A stretch of DNA of 64,000 bases, taken from contig NW_019091358.1 in assembly GCF_001949145.1 (NCBI RefSeq), forward strand, positions 2,908,535 through 2,972,534, read 5' to 3'. Source of the stretch: Acanthaster planci. Taxonomy: Eukaryota. A program made the position numbers and the translations under genes. How positions within the stretch are numbered: the first letter of the stretch is position 1; each line of letters opens with the position of its first letter. Below the pieces are notes generated by a model that did not search any database, was not told where the DNA came from, and saw only the letters and a program-made list of their open reading frames with translations. Positions 17,701 through 31,900 of this stretch are shown in pieces.

Positions 17701-20700
17701 ATGCTTTGGTCGGTGCATAACAACTTTATCATGGTTGTTCTTCATGGTCTATTTTAACAGAGAAGTGCACCTATATCTACAGAATGAAAGCTGTTGATGC
17801 GTTGTCAAAATTAGGTAAGAATTGTTAGTTAAATTTGTAAAATTCTTATTAAATTAAATTTCATTTTCAGTGTTTTTGAATTTCATAGTTTCTGTTCAGT
17901 GGCATATCAAGGTCTTCTGTAAAATTTTTCCGCAGATGAGCAGCTGAAAAAAATTGAGTCTCGGAGATTGCGGCCTCCATGTGGGAACTTGAAGGAGTAC
18001 ATTTTGAGTCTACGAGACCCTCCGCATGCACCTCTTAAAGGAGCTTCCGTCAACCTGTGTGGAGCCTTTGCAGCAGCTTATGAAAGTGCGCAGTATGGGC
18101 TTAAGGTAGCAAATAAGTGTCCGATATGAAAGGGTTTTGAAAGTGTGCAGAAGGTTGAACCAATCCACCGTTACTTTTTATCTTGCATGAGAAAGATCAA
18201 TTTCAGTCTTTGTCATATTTGTGGGATAGGGGAGGGACATGTAGGTTAGAGTGTGTGACTCTCTTTTTAACCCAGAAGTTAAATTTTTGTGCCTTTTCTA
18301 CTGGCAGTATGTAACAGTACCTCCCTGTATGGTTTTTAGGGTGAGTTTATAAAGATTGAATAAAACAAATGGAAAAAATTTATTATAGTTAACAGATATC
18401 TCGATGAAAGATAGGATATAATGTCCACTCATGAACCTTTGACACAAGTAACTCATTTAAGAAATGATGATACGTATACAACTCATTTTGTTCAGAGGAA
18501 CTTTGAACTTGCCTCATTCAGCTCACATCCTCACATAAAAATTAAGTCAATACTTGGATATAGACCAGTTTCATTGTAGTCTAGGTTCCTTTTCCTCTTG
18601 AGCAAACCTTTCAAAATATAACTCTATTTCTTCCCTCTGTCCTTTTTCCCACAGCCTTTCGGTGAGACAGAATATAACAACTTTATGACACTCCTGCATG
18701 AGCTGTTATCATGGTGAGTGTGAAGAATTTCCTTGTATAGGATAAAAAAAAGGCCTTCCTCACTCCTCAGGTTTTTTTGTTTACATTGTCACTGTTCCAT
18801 GTACTATCCTTGCTGTTTTGTGTCATGGTGGCTTTTTCTTCTGCAAGTCTAACCCTATTCAAACTATCTTACACTTTGCTAGAAACTCTCCCAGTTTTTG
18901 TACATACATGTGTCTCTTTTATTTTTTTCATATTTCCAACTGTTATTTTTCAAACCCCCTTTCACCACAAGTTAAAACGTCAGTATGATTGACTCTGCAG
19001 TCGGACTTATTGAATCGCTCCTACAGTGGCACAAGTCTTTTGTTTACATTAAAGTGCATTTGTACACTTTCCAAAAGCCTTGGGGTAATTTAACCCTAAC
19101 CCCTTGGGTGTTTGTAAAATTAGATTGAAATCAGAGGATTTGGGACTGTTAAGGCTATACTTTGAATTAGAGTTTCACGAAGAAATGTGTACTTATGAGC
19201 CCATTGGGCTTGTAGCCAAAAACAGAGCTCACAGAAGCATCTCATTTTCTGTATAGTCATTTATCTTTGGTATAAACGTGCAGTGAGTTCTAAAGAATGT
19301 AATTGTATATAACCGGCAGGCAAATTTAACGAAACGTGGCGTACCTTTGAACCATGAGTATTAAAGCTTTGCACCACAAATTTGTGCTGTAGCTGCACAT
19401 TATACTCGCATTCGATTTCTTGAAAACTTGCTTTGCTGCACAACGTTTTCATTATATTAAACTTATTGGACGAGGACGATAACAGCTTTTATGCTAGCTG
19501 TTCATCTACAATATTACAAACATTATCACCAGTCGTTAAATTACCTCTGCCCACCATTTAGAAAAATTCTTTGTCCTCGTCAGAAAACCGGGCAGAAAAT
19601 TTGGAGATCTCTCAAATCCAAACAAGTTTTTCATTAAACTTGTAAAATAAAGTTGTACATTTAAGCCTTGTTAAGTTCAGCAATGATGAGCCTTAATCAA
19701 ATGCTATTAGTTGGTCAAATCATTCATTGTCACATCGTTTGGCACAACTTACAGCACCTAAACTGATTGCGTAAGTTATGCCATAATTTGTAATGCAAGT
19801 CGCGGACTTACAAACTGCATAAGTTTCATGATGTGGCTCTTAATTTATTGTGCAATATATGTAATAAAATGTAGGGGGGAATAGTTGACGTTACACAGGT
19901 GTGTAAAGTTGCCTGAAACCGGCTACAGGGGCTTCATTTTATTACAGTGACACAAATATTTGTTCTTTTAATGATGTATCAGATATGCTCCATGCCACTG
20001 CATGGGAAAGACGCTGCATGTGCATATGGCATGTCATACACCATGGTATCTTGTGCTGAAGCACAAACCCTGCAGTTTCAATGATGCTGTGTGTGTGTGT
20101 TTGCTTCTGTTGTTCAAGAAAGAGGACGTGAAATTGAGTTTTGGCATTGGATTTTCTTTGGAGCCAAGACTTATTTTGAGCTGATAAACCAAGTCTCAAA
20201 ATTTGTTGTTTCTAGGTATATTTTCCAACTTTAGAAAATGGAATGTGTTCACGTTTCATACCATTTGTTCCAGTTAATAAACTTCATGGTCAATTAAACT
20301 TTTTTCAGCATCCGGCACAAAGGTATGAAGAGTAAGAAATCAAGTCAGTCAAGTTCCCAGCATAAACAGCACACTTCCAGCAGCCAGCGTACCCACATCA
20401 GTAGGTCCACTGGTAGTCAGAAGACAAGGAGTCCGACGAAACCAATCAGCAAAGGTGATGTCAAAGCGGACCAACCAGGAGCCAGTACTAGCCAGATGGA
20501 GTGGAACACGGAGAACATTCCTATGAGCCGCATCGCGTTGGGTCACGTGACCAAAAGGAACCACTCCAAAGCCGTCGGGAGGTCGGAGGAGTCGGTGGAA
20601 CTCCTTGAGAGGAAACGAACATCGCGGGGCTCTGACGCGGGCAGCGACATCGACCGGGGTTCACGCACCAGAACCTCCAATTCGTCGTCCAGCCGAAGTG

Positions 20701-20768
20701 AGGAGACGCAGCCTCTGATGCCCAGCAGACTTGTGCAGCAGGAGTCGGTGTCTGAGGACATTTTGTGA
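14795..20768 (+). CDS. C1orf43: C1orf43/NICE-3 homologue, 342 aa; exons join(14795-14857, 17095-17317, 17761-17814, 17936-18105, 18655-18713, 20309-20768)
   Basis: The spliced product has an N-terminal TM segment followed by IFIKRQIMRFSLSSHRSPHVPIGHSAP...MKYEPRLLGDDD...YIYRMKAVDAL...AYESAQYG..PFGETEY. These match NICE-3 family blocks (FIFVKRQIMRF, PHVPVGHNAP, KYEPQLL, YRMKALDA, FGQNEY). All introns are GT-AG and the total is 1029 nt in frame. Confidence 0.93.
17399..17702. mobile_element. MITE with degenerate nested inverted arms in C1orf43 intron 2
   Basis: CGACTATGGTCGGGATGGTCC / GGATCATCCCAGCTACAGTCG and GGGCTGGCCCAACTATAG / CTATAGTTAGGCAAGCCC are inverted pairs. Confidence 0.55.
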
Positions 20769-23344
20769 TAGACTCTCAGCAGATGGTGCCTCGAGACTTC
20801 CAGCATTTATTGAAACAGTCCATGGCCGAGACGTAACAGGGAAAGTATGTCACAAAATATCTTTTAAATTGTCGACTATTTCAGAACTACTTCAAATCTG
20901 TTTTTGAAGTTTATTGTAAAGCTTGTTCCATTTTCTTTCATGATTATAGTCATTACATTTCAAGGGGTTTAGTATTGTGTAGAATTTAAAATGATATATG
21001 TATTTATTGAAAGACTTCAGTATTAGAGTTTTAATACAATGACCTTTTTTTTAATGGAAGTTTTATTTCATTGGAATAGGTAACAGTACTTTATATACAA
21101 CCTGTACATACAATGGGTGATGATATTTCATGTGAGGAAATCTTAATGGTCATTGCCGAACATGAATATGTATACCATGTATAGGTATAATTGTGTGTCA
21201 CTGTTGTACATGGTGTTGAGCGGTCAGCCATCATCTTTTTGCCAGAATTGATGCCGGTTGTTTCTTTGGACCGTTTTGAGTGTGGGTAAACTGTATGTAC
21301 CTCAGGAAGATGACTGGTTAGACACAGATTTCATTTTTAAAGTGCCCAATGACTGTGGTCAATCTCAGTGGAAAACCAACGCTGGTCTTTCTCCCAAAGA
21401 ACCAGTATAAGTGAACTTCCCTTCCGCTAAGGTTGCAAATCAAATTTGGAAGCTTCCATTAAGGGCAATAGTGCAGTCATCGACAACTGCATGTGAGATC
21501 ATGTTCACCATTTGAACACAAAGTGAGCATTCTGTAAATGTTTATATTGTTTTTCCTTCATTACCAGCCAATACTAAACATTTCCATGTCAGGTACTCTA
21601 CGGTCAACCAAAGAATTCTGTTATTATCACCATGATTTTCTTTTTTATTACATGATGAACAACTTCCACCGAGTCAGCAATAGTGATATACATTGTTTTG
21701 CACTGGGAACATGTACATGTGGGAGGTTAAAAAACCACTGAAATCAAAACTGAATCAAACTAGAACATTTGTCATTGCATGTTGTGAGTTGCACCAGTGG
21801 GTAGACGCACCTTGAGAGCACCTTGGAAATCCATCCAAATCCTGTAAATTTGTGAAGATTGTAACAATCGAAAACCATTGAACAAAAATGACAATCAGGT
21901 CTTCATTTGAGCCACAATTGCAACACGATACTGCAGTGGTCCAATATGTTGTATGCTGTTATATTTATAGCAGGCGACCTTAAAGTGGCAGAGTACACTG
22001 TGTAACTTCGTAGTGCTTGCTAGGCTGGTGTTTAATCAGGCTGGCACTGCACAGTGCCACAAAATTCAATGTTGTATTTTGTTGCTTCGGCATGGTTCTC
22101 ATGTCTGCCATGTTGGATTTTGCTGCATTTAGCCGTGTGCCTGACAAGAACCCCATGGGGTTTGGGCAAGTCTTCTTTCACTACTGATTGCATTTTATCC
22201 ACAGATGACGTTGATACTGATGCAGCATAACCTGACCATAGTGGGAGAAGCAAGTCTTTAAAAAGCAACAGCTTGACAAAATATATTACCACAAAGTTGA
22301 CTCCCTCAGGCATTTTGAAATAGCCTGTAACTACCAGATTTACAGAAACATTTCCTGCCACCATTTATCTATGCTTATGTTTTTAATTCTATCAAGGAAA
22401 CCTGATTATCAAAGCTTTTGAACAGTGGCATATCCAGTAGGGGGGTGTTTCTCGCCCAACATCTTGTTGAATGAGCCTAAAGCCGCATTCACTTTAGAAT
22501 TTACCTCCCCCCCCAAACACACACCAAAAGCTGGATACTCTACTGCCTTTGAAGATACATGTACCTCCTCAAATCAAAATCAAAAGATGAGGCGCTTTTG
22601 TCAGGACACTGTCTTAAGTGCTCCGTTCCCAAGTTTACACCCAGCACGATCAGAAAATTGGATATTTTGGCCAAGGCATTTGAACATACCGTAATTCCAT
22701 CCTCTTATCTGTACATGTACTATTGTAAAATACAAGTGCCATTTTAAAGTACTTTTCTTTTTTACAATAAAATCTGAAACTTTCTAATATGGCTGCCTTA
22801 TTTAGGGTCATGGTCATTTCTGAGTCTAAAATATTTTGCTTTTTTCCCACTAGTTAACCACATCGCACCGGGGGCATATATGAATGTTGATTCTGCTTGG
22901 TTTTTCCATTTTTTTCAGTTTTCAAAATTCCTTAAAAATTCATATCTTCATTTACTCGACACAACCACATGAAGGACTGTCTGGTCTCTTACTCTAATCT
23001 GACAGACAACATCTACTGACGTTGGAGTATTTCAGCCAGGCCTGCCGCTTTGTAAAAAGAGCCCAGACTGTGCCGTGTTGTGTAATTTTCTTTTGTTCCC
23101 GAAACGGGCACAGTGCACTGCTGATGTCTTTTCAATAGGGGCCAGATTAGTGTGCAGCGGTACTGTGTGGCTCATCACTGCAGTGATGCAGTGCTTTTGT
23201 CCCCAGTAGTAATCCGCTCGCACTGAATCCCATAAACCATGGTATACTGTTTTAAAACAAGGGTGGATTATCTCCACTTTAGACAGTGAAAAAATGTTGG
23301 TAATTCCCAGCAGCCTGGTCTGTTGTTATGAGTACGGTCTTTTG

Positions 23345-25423
23345 TTACAGGGCCCACTTCCCTGTGTCCGATTTCGGAGACCCTGGCTCTACATATAAGG
23401 AATTCGTGTCCGAAACCGGGCTCCCCGGCCGCAAGTGGTCAATGGATTCTGGGAGAACGAATCTGAGTGGACGTAATATTTCTGGAGCTACACCAATTTC
23501 ATTGTCCAATGGGAATAGGTAGCTTTCCTCCTTACATTTCCCATCATCACTGTAATCTTCGTCGTCATCCATGTTGTCGTCATCACTGTCATCAGCGCCA
23601 TGTTCCCTATACCTGAAGGAAAATGAAATCAAGATCAAAATCCATAATTTAACCCACTGCATTGCGATCAAAAATACGTTGGAACATGCAAACCTACATG
23701 AAGGACGGAATCTTGAACAAGGTCTCTGTACTGCCTAAAAGACTGAGAAAGAGTGTCTTACTCAGAGACAGGGGACGCTTGACATACCAAAATGACAGCG
23801 TCCCCTGCCTCTCACTTTGTCTGTCCACCCTTGTGTCCAAATTTACTGATTGCTTGTACCCCCAACCTTCACTCCTCTCATCGATGCATCAGTGAGGATC
23901 TAAGTCTTCTCACCTCTGGAGTCTTTCATAATGTAATCATCAATCGGGCCCCCTATCTTTCTTTTTATTTATCTTTACAATGTGAGCATACCTGCCTGGA
24001 GAGTCTGGCTGGTATCTTCCCATCTGTATGTATTGCCTCTCAGCCAATCTCTCTGCAGCCTGCTCAGCTTGCAAAGCCTGATGACAACCACCACCACCAC
24101 GGGTACAACAAAATTAGAACAACCAATGGACTCATCAGTAGACTTGTGACCTGTCTGGATTATAACTTACTGGATTACACTAGTTGCTACGCTTGTGTGT
24201 GTCTCCCATATCCATATCATGAGCCAGTTTGCTATTTAAAGATATCATACCTATATTTGAGAACAAAACACATGTTCAATGTGTAACTGAGTCCACATGA
24301 CACCATGATAAGGCCGATCTATACCAATGCTTCATTTTGAGCATGCCCTGTTGAAATACCATACTGGTTCAATCAACTGTGCTCAGAACCTGACAGCCTC
24401 TCTGCAGTGACTGTGGAGGAGCCGCATGACTAACTCATATCAGTCAAGTAGACTTCGGATGACGAGTGCATTAATTTGGCCATATCTGAATTACTTGGCT
24501 AGAAGCGTGTACGAGTTCAGTTGGAAAACATCCCCCAAGCTTTATTTTCTTTGTCGGTGAGGACACCATTTAACTTGAGGTGAATAGACTGGTAACACAC
24601 TGCACAACTTATTTTGGAGTCGATTACAAGCCCAATGAAAAGTCTGGACCTCCGATGGCACACACACCTGTACTTTTGCTCTCTGTTTCTCCAGCAGTTC
24701 AGCAGCCGCTTTCACTTCTATCGCTTGAGTGCCGGGATGTTTGAGTGGTGGAATAGCCACGGCAGACACCTCTGGGGGACGATCCTCAATCCCGGCCATG
24801 GGCGTGCTGCCCCTGGAAGGTGGGGCAGGTGGACGCTCCAATCCCTCAGGTATCCTGTCCATGTGCAATGTCCTGAAAGGTTTAAATGGTGTCTTCTTCA
24901 CCACGGGTCGGCAGTCCACCTTCAGGAATACATTCTCTGGGGCTTGACGTACACCCTGTGGAGCACCTATGTCCATTTTCTCAAGCAGATCTGCAGCAAC
25001 GTCCACCATGGTCTCGTGTTGTGCGATAAGCTCTCTGAGCCTTTCTGCTTGGAGTGTGACCTTTTCACCTTTATCTGGTAGCATGCTCAGCATTTTCCTG
25101 ATTGATCAAATATGATATCAAAACTCAAACAGGACTTTTGTGAAAACAATCAAAAGTTTGCTGTACTACAACAGCAAACACTAATGTGGATTAAAGTGGC
25201 TTGATGATCCGAAGAGGAGTGTTAAACATCCGTGCTTAATTGATTGTGATTTTCTACCCTGTAGAGATAAATGTGTTAATTAAGGAACCTGTGATAGCTG
25301 CAAGTTTGATTTGGGTGACTGTACTCACTTATTGGCCAGCAGTTTCTCCTGTCTGTTCAGCAGATCTACCAGCTCTGCTTTAGTCTTGGTCTTAAGGTCT
25401 CCCATATCTCCCTGACGATCCAT
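23345..25423 (-). CDS. POLR2M: RNA polymerase II subunit M (Gdown1/GRINL1A), 292 aa; exons complement(25329-25423, 24668-25097, 23992-24077, 23345-23612)
   Basis: N-terminal DLKTKTKAELVDLLNRQEKLLANKKMLSMLPDKGEKV carries the Gdown1 LPDKG motif. C-terminal IPPLKHPGTQAI...LLEKQRAKVQALQAEQAAERLAERQYIQMGRYQP...RYRE precedes an acidic tail. GT-AG junctions, phases 2,0,2, 879 nt. Confidence 0.92.
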
Positions 25424-25944
25424 GGCTCAATCACTAAAAATCATAATGAAGAGCAGATCATAGGCAGATATAGACTAGACTTACTTCCTGAACAGTGACG
25501 TAGGGCCTACTACTGTTCAGGATTTTTTTTCTCTGCTCCTGTTTTGAAAGGAAAATAACCCTTTTCAACACATTTATCCCAGCACCGGGCGTAGATAATT
25601 ACTTCGCCTTGTAAATGAAGGGATATAATCCGTAGTAGTGACTTTCAGTCCCTTTGATTTTTAGTTCAGAGAATTAGAAAGAAACCCCAGATTTGCCACT
25701 TGTTCTGATAAAGGTAAGTCAAACTACAGAGGGCGCTCAGACAGCCAACCCTCCAATATAATAATGAAAGAGGCGATTCATCTCTCCACGTACATTTACA
25801 TGTACATACAGTACATGTACGAGTACATGTACGCGCGCGTACGCGGCCTTAGTAGTACTAGTCAGGACGTGCGAAGGCACACCGTACCGCAGTGACGAGT
25901 GTTATACTGCTGTTTCACCTCATTTTCGCTACTCAGAAGCACAA
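25424..25944. promoter_or_regulatory. Putative bidirectional promoter and 5'UTR region between POLR2M and the SWEET gene
   Basis: Divergent ATGs are 521 bp apart. A probable SWEET 5'UTR intron spans 25714-25936 (AAG|GTAAGT ... CTACTCAG|AAGCACAAATG). Confidence 0.65.
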
Positions 25945-28900
25945 ATGGATTGGGTGCTTTTACTCTCGCGGCTTTGCATCGTTGTTACGATTGCAAGCAA
26001 TGGAGGAGGAATGTAAGTGATAGCCGGGGAAAGATAATTTGTAGGATAATGACTCGACGTTTCTCGTCTCTCGATCCCCTTACCTTCACCGTGGGGAGCT
26101 CGAGCTGTGTGGTAACGTCGAGGGTTGTGGAATCGCCTTTTTAATATGTGGACTTCCAAGTTACTCGGACCATGGAGGAATAAAACACATGCTCGGACTA
26201 GCTAGCACATGTCCTAGCTACTTTAATAATAGTCTTGCATCTCATGTTGGACTTGTTTAGTTAATTTTCTTTTTAAACTGTTAATATAATATCTCAGTCA
26301 TGCCATGGCAGCATAAAGAGATAGATCTACCTAGGCCTATGCTGTACTATTAATTGTTATTCGTTGACTGTGATAGTTTGTGTAAGTTACACAGTTAAAA
26401 AAATTGTCAGTAGGGTGAGTGTGGGAATTTTGACCAGGAGGAAAATTCGACCAACTGCATTAAAAAACTACACAGCTGGTTGAATTTCTTGCTTTTCTTA
26501 CATGGTCGAATACCCCACTTTTTACCCTACTAATATTGAAATCAATCTTGAAACTGTTGCAGATTTATTGTAGTCCTCCAGAGTTGATTTGCATTTTCAA
26601 ATAAATCCATTCATAGGGTAATCAATTCGGGGGCAGAACAATAAACTTGTGCAAGAGTCAAGATTGCGCTGAACAGTAAAAATATCAAGAGATAGGAGAC
26701 CTACAAAAATACAGCTTGCCAACTGTGGGTCCCCTGAACAAAAGTAACCCAACAAAGTATGCATAGCAACATATAAAATGACTGAGAAGAAAGGACATTA
26801 TAACAACGTAACTACCAAAGACAATAGCTGAGTATGAATCAATTGAAAGTTTTTAAATTGAGTTTTCAAAATTTGAGAAAATTTTCTAAAATTAACATGA
26901 TTTGCCAGATCTTTTGAACAGGTTAATCCTTGGGACTTAAATGCCTTATTTCAATGATAAATGAACTAAAAGGCACCCGTGTGTCAGTGTATTTTGCATA
27001 TTTGTAGGAGCAGAGAAGGCAACTCAGTGTGAATACTACCTCCTAAATTTTGTCATTTTGTTTCCCTTGTCTGTGCTTACCGACTAGAAAGTACCCCCTA
27101 ATTGGTTAAGATGAGACCGGCTGGTGGCAAGTTTTTCAAGTACAGGCACAGTTGTGGTACACATGCAAAGACAGTAAATGGCATGCAGTGTTTGGCCTGC
27201 CAAAGGGAAGTTGTAAAACAGACTCAACATCCCTTGTTCTAGCACAGAACAGATTTTTTTTCTTTTCAGATCAGCAGATCTAAGTTGATGTTGGCCATGA
27301 GGGATATTCAAGAGTTCAGTTTAGTTTTGCACTTCAATTCTGTTGTATCATCTACCTTTTATGTTGTAATCCTTTGTTCAACAGACCCATCTTTGTTGAT
27401 ATCATCCGCAAGGGAACCACTCACTCTGTGCCTTTTCTGCCATTTTTGGCCGGCTTTGTCAGGTGAGATATCGGTAATCTAAACTGTTTCTAGAGTGCTA
27501 TCTAAAAAAAAGAAAAATGTTGTAAAAATATTCTTGTACATTTACAATCTAAAGTTCTCAAATTTGTTTTGTCCAACTTTGTACCCTCTTCAAGGAGGGG
27601 CATGGCTCAAAGGTGGGGCTCACCTGAGAGATCTAAATGCGAGGATTTTGAAGGAGCACCATGTGGATATTATAGAGCTGCAGGCAGAGACAAACTAGTG
27701 ATTCAAACCTAACCAATCTGTAGTTAGGGATTTGTTGTCATCTCCTTTATTTTTTTACTTCTCTTGGGGTGTTTAGCCATCACTCTCCACCCATTGGCAG
27801 ATGGGGGGGGGAATGTGGATTATTCCTTCAAAAGAGCAAAACATGTGTCTTTTTGTTTTTCAATAAAGTTTATGGTATTATAGTTCATTTCCCTTCCATC
27901 CAAGCGTGTAAAAATCTCCGAAATTTAGCATTGTCCCTTAGAAAGTCCATACAAGAATGCATAATGAAATGTCCAGACTCCCCCCTTTTTCCACTCCCCC
28001 TTTTTGTCTCCACTCTTTCAACTAATCTTCAAATTTCCCCACCTTCATTTTCAGTAACACAGCTTGCCTGGGCTATGCAATGCTGCGGGCCGACAGCGTC
28101 CTGCTTATTGTCAGTGGGGTAGGAATAACAATGAGTACCATCTATGTCTCCTTGTTTCTCTTCTTCAGTTGTCAAAAGGTACAGTTTGTTCACCATACCC
28201 AAATTCACATATTAATTTAACCCTCCTATGGTTTTACAGCACAAATGGNNNNNNNNNNNNNNNNNNNNNNNNNNNNNNNNNNNNNNNNNNNNNNNNNNNN
28301 NNNNNNNNNNNNNNNNNNNNNNNNNNNNNNNNNNNNNNNACTGCACAATGATGCACATGAAACAGTGAAGTACAGTTGTTGGGCAGCACAAAAGTGCAAT
28401 CTGATATTCCTGTGAGGGACAGTTGGTGCAGTGCACAACACAACACCGCTGTGCTTCTTTGAGGTGTTTACCAAATGACCCAAAGAGCGACTTCAGCATA
28501 GGAGGGTTCATTGCATGATGATTGGTTATCATTTGACTAAGAATGTTTTCGTCCCCTGTACCTTCTCTTGAGCGCAGGTAAATGCCATGGTATAAGAGTT
28601 CGGGGCAGCCCCCAACATGTTCTCCACAGACTTCTCAGACCTGGTATACATGTACATGTGTTAAATATACAAGGTATTAGCATATTTAAATGTCAGCTGG
28701 AGATGAGTCATGTTTTAACCCATCAGCTGTGCCTGTGTTTCGCCAGATCGTGTCCTCATGTTAAAATCATTACATGTACATGTAATTGAATCAACTTGTC
28801 AAAGCGGACTACATACATTCAAAATCTTTGGCTTAAGAGCTTGGCTTCTACTCATTTTTCCCTCTGCACAGCACTACACGTACCAGCACCTTTTTGTTTG

Positions 28901-31900
28901 TACTTTTATGATAACTAATCATGCACTTCCAACTCGGAACAATGATAGTAAATATTCTACCTCTCTGCACCAGAGGCCAACTCTTCAGAGCTGGTAACTA
29001 CAGAAAGTTGCACAGCATGGAAAATTTGATTAGCAAAAGCAGGTTACCAGTCAACATTTGTTGAACGTATAGATTTTGCCATTTTGTTAAGCAGCTATTG
29101 TCAGCATGGTCAGCTTCGCAGCTTTTTACTGTTGGGCTCTAGAGTTTCTGGCTGGTAACTTATTCAAATTATGAATTAATTAACAGCCCTATGCTGGATG
29201 ACATATAAACCTTCAGGGCAACCCTTTAAACAGAAAAAAATTAGTTGGTAGCCATTGGTTCCTAATGGAGAAAAATCTATGCGCCAGCACTATATTAAAG
29301 TTCAGTATTCATGAACGTACATACACACATGTAGTATAAATACCCTGTGTTTACATCGTCCATCCATGCCGTAATGACCTGGCATGGCCCGGTCCACGTA
29401 CACCACACAATTTGCATACGAGCGCCAATGACGCCAGTCAATGAAATCAGGGTTCTCTCCAAGGGGTGCCGCCACGGATGTTATGATGTCTGTAGTTTCA
29501 GCGTGTCGCAGGACACCTTGCTGCATAAATTGCATTATTTCCGACACTCTAAATCACAGCGACACCCTTTAATTCGGCATGAGCTCCATTCAGGCAGAAA
29601 TTTACGTTGCAGCAAAAAATGGAGCCCATGCCATGCTATGCCATGGTTTGTAAAATGGCCCTAGTGTCCAAATACAGTGCATCAACAACGTATGTTTAGA
29701 TCAGGAGACAACTGAAATGTGCATGCACTTGTGATCACGACACATGCATGTACAGTATCGTATTATGTACATGTACAGTGCACTTGGTGTTACATGTCAG
29801 GCATGCCTAGGAGTCAGTGTTGTCATAACTTGAGTCAATGACTCGTCTCGAGTCTGACTCGAGTCACATTTTTGGCAACTCGGCTCGAGTCCTGACCAGT
29901 ATATGACTCAATTTGACTGGAGCCTGTGACCAAATGACTTGACTTGACTCCCATGAAGACTCCCTTGACTCGAGTACAGGAAGACTCGAAGTCTAAAAAA
30001 AAAATAAAATCGAAATATTTTTGGTGAAAAAATATTTGGAATCTGACTCATGGCGCTGCTCTTACATTGATCGTGAATACATAGTACAGGATGTATGTGT
30101 ACATCCGGCACATGCACATGCATGGAAAGCATACATCGTTTCGCAGACTCCCACGTTGTGTTTCTGTAGCATGTAATGCTAACCCGGAACCAGACTTAAA
30201 ACGCTTTCACTTCTCTTGGTTTCGTCTTTGGCTTTTTTCAAGATAACCCTATCTAGTACCTCTATCGCCACTCTGACGCCATGAACCCTTGAACAAAATA
30301 AACAGGCTTCATCTCTGGATTTAGAATATAACCCCTGAAAGTGACCCAGATCTAGCCCCATTTTAGGGTGGACGCCGAAGCCAATGCCGAAGCCATCCTT
30401 TCGGAAATGGTCTTTGCTGCGCACGAGCCTGCAATGGAAGTTGTTCATTGGGTATCATACAGCATATTTTATGTGTTGGAATGTTAAAAACAAACTGGTT
30501 CCGTGTTCCTTCCACCATTGTGCACAGCAAATGACAAGTGTGACTTCGCCAGTTTTGTGAAAGACTTAACAAATATGGAACAGGCTCAGAGCTGTAGTGG
30601 CATACAGACTCTGTAACTGTAAAATCAAAAAAGATAAAAAATAAGCATTCAACATCGTGCAGATTTTGCAAATCAGACATCAGTGAACACTGAGGGACAT
30701 CCTCCCATAGGGAAAGAGTGCCATATAAGTTAACAAAATAAACAGGCTTCATCTCTGGATTTAGAAAATAACCCCTGAAAGTGGCCTATTAATCAGACCA
30801 CACAGGCTTCGTCTTTCATACAAGTTACTGTCAGATTTGGTGTTCCTTAAGTCAAACCATGTGAGCGGGTAAACCACTTACACAGGATTACAGTGACTTG
30901 ACTTGTTTCGCCATTAGTTAGCTAGATACCTGTCACCCTAATTTATTTTCAGTATGCCTTAAATTGAAAATAAAAATGCCAAAAATGACTTAGTTGTGTT
31001 TTTATTGTATTTTATTCAAAAATTTGTGACTCAAATTGACTCGAGCTCGGTACTAGACTCGAGCTCTTGACTCGACTCAACTACACAAAGTGGCTTGACT
31101 CAACTTCTTGACCTAATGTCTTGAGTTGACTCGGGTCACAATGTTAAAATGACTCGTTACAACACTGCTAGGTAATACCATACCAGACACACTTGAAACT
31201 TTGTTCCCGCCATTGAGTTCCCATCAAAGGAGTGTTCACAGCAGATAGAGTACCAAAGTGATCAAGTCATGCGTACAGTTATGTGTGTAAAAGGTATTAG
31301 CGTAAAAATGCACGGATGTAGTACTCTATTATTTTGTTTGGTTTGCACTGCACTTTCTGGTTCCAAATGACGTCTCACCTCAACACTCTATAGTGGAATG
31401 AGATGGGCAATGTAAGTAACAAGATCTGTCCACTTTGCTTTTCCTCAGAGTACCACTTTTAAGCAGCTCATGTTCTCTGGCGTGGGGATTCTCTGTGTTT
31501 ATGTCTACCTGACGCGCATCATCCGTGAGCCGTATGCTGTTGAGATCCAGCTAGGGCTGTTGGTCACATTTTTCATCACGTGCATGAACATAGCACCCAT
31601 TGCAGATATGGTGAGTAAAACAGCCATGCATTTGTACATCGCAGGTCTTGCATTGTCAAAATTGACCATATGCTTGATGGTCACTCTTCAATGCTTTCAG
31701 TGCTTGCTGACTCCTTTTACCAAACTAATTAAAAAAATCATAGTTTCATCCCTTACTTCAAGGACCCATGAAGTTGATGTTGTATTGCTTTAGTCAGAGG
31801 TTTTTCGTCCCTATATGGACATGCGTTCATGACTGTATACTCAGTGTTGTCTGGGAGCTTGCAAAAAAATTCACAAGCTTACTAAGATGGGACTTGAACC

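Noticed and set aside
23792..24286. 164-aa + strand ORF, and the 155-aa ORF at 24614-25081
   Set aside because: Antisense shadows of POLR2M exons with no independent signals.
30179..30752. Transposase remnants inside the hAT-like element
   Set aside because: The short ORFs show no BED finger, DDE or hATC motif that I can recognise.
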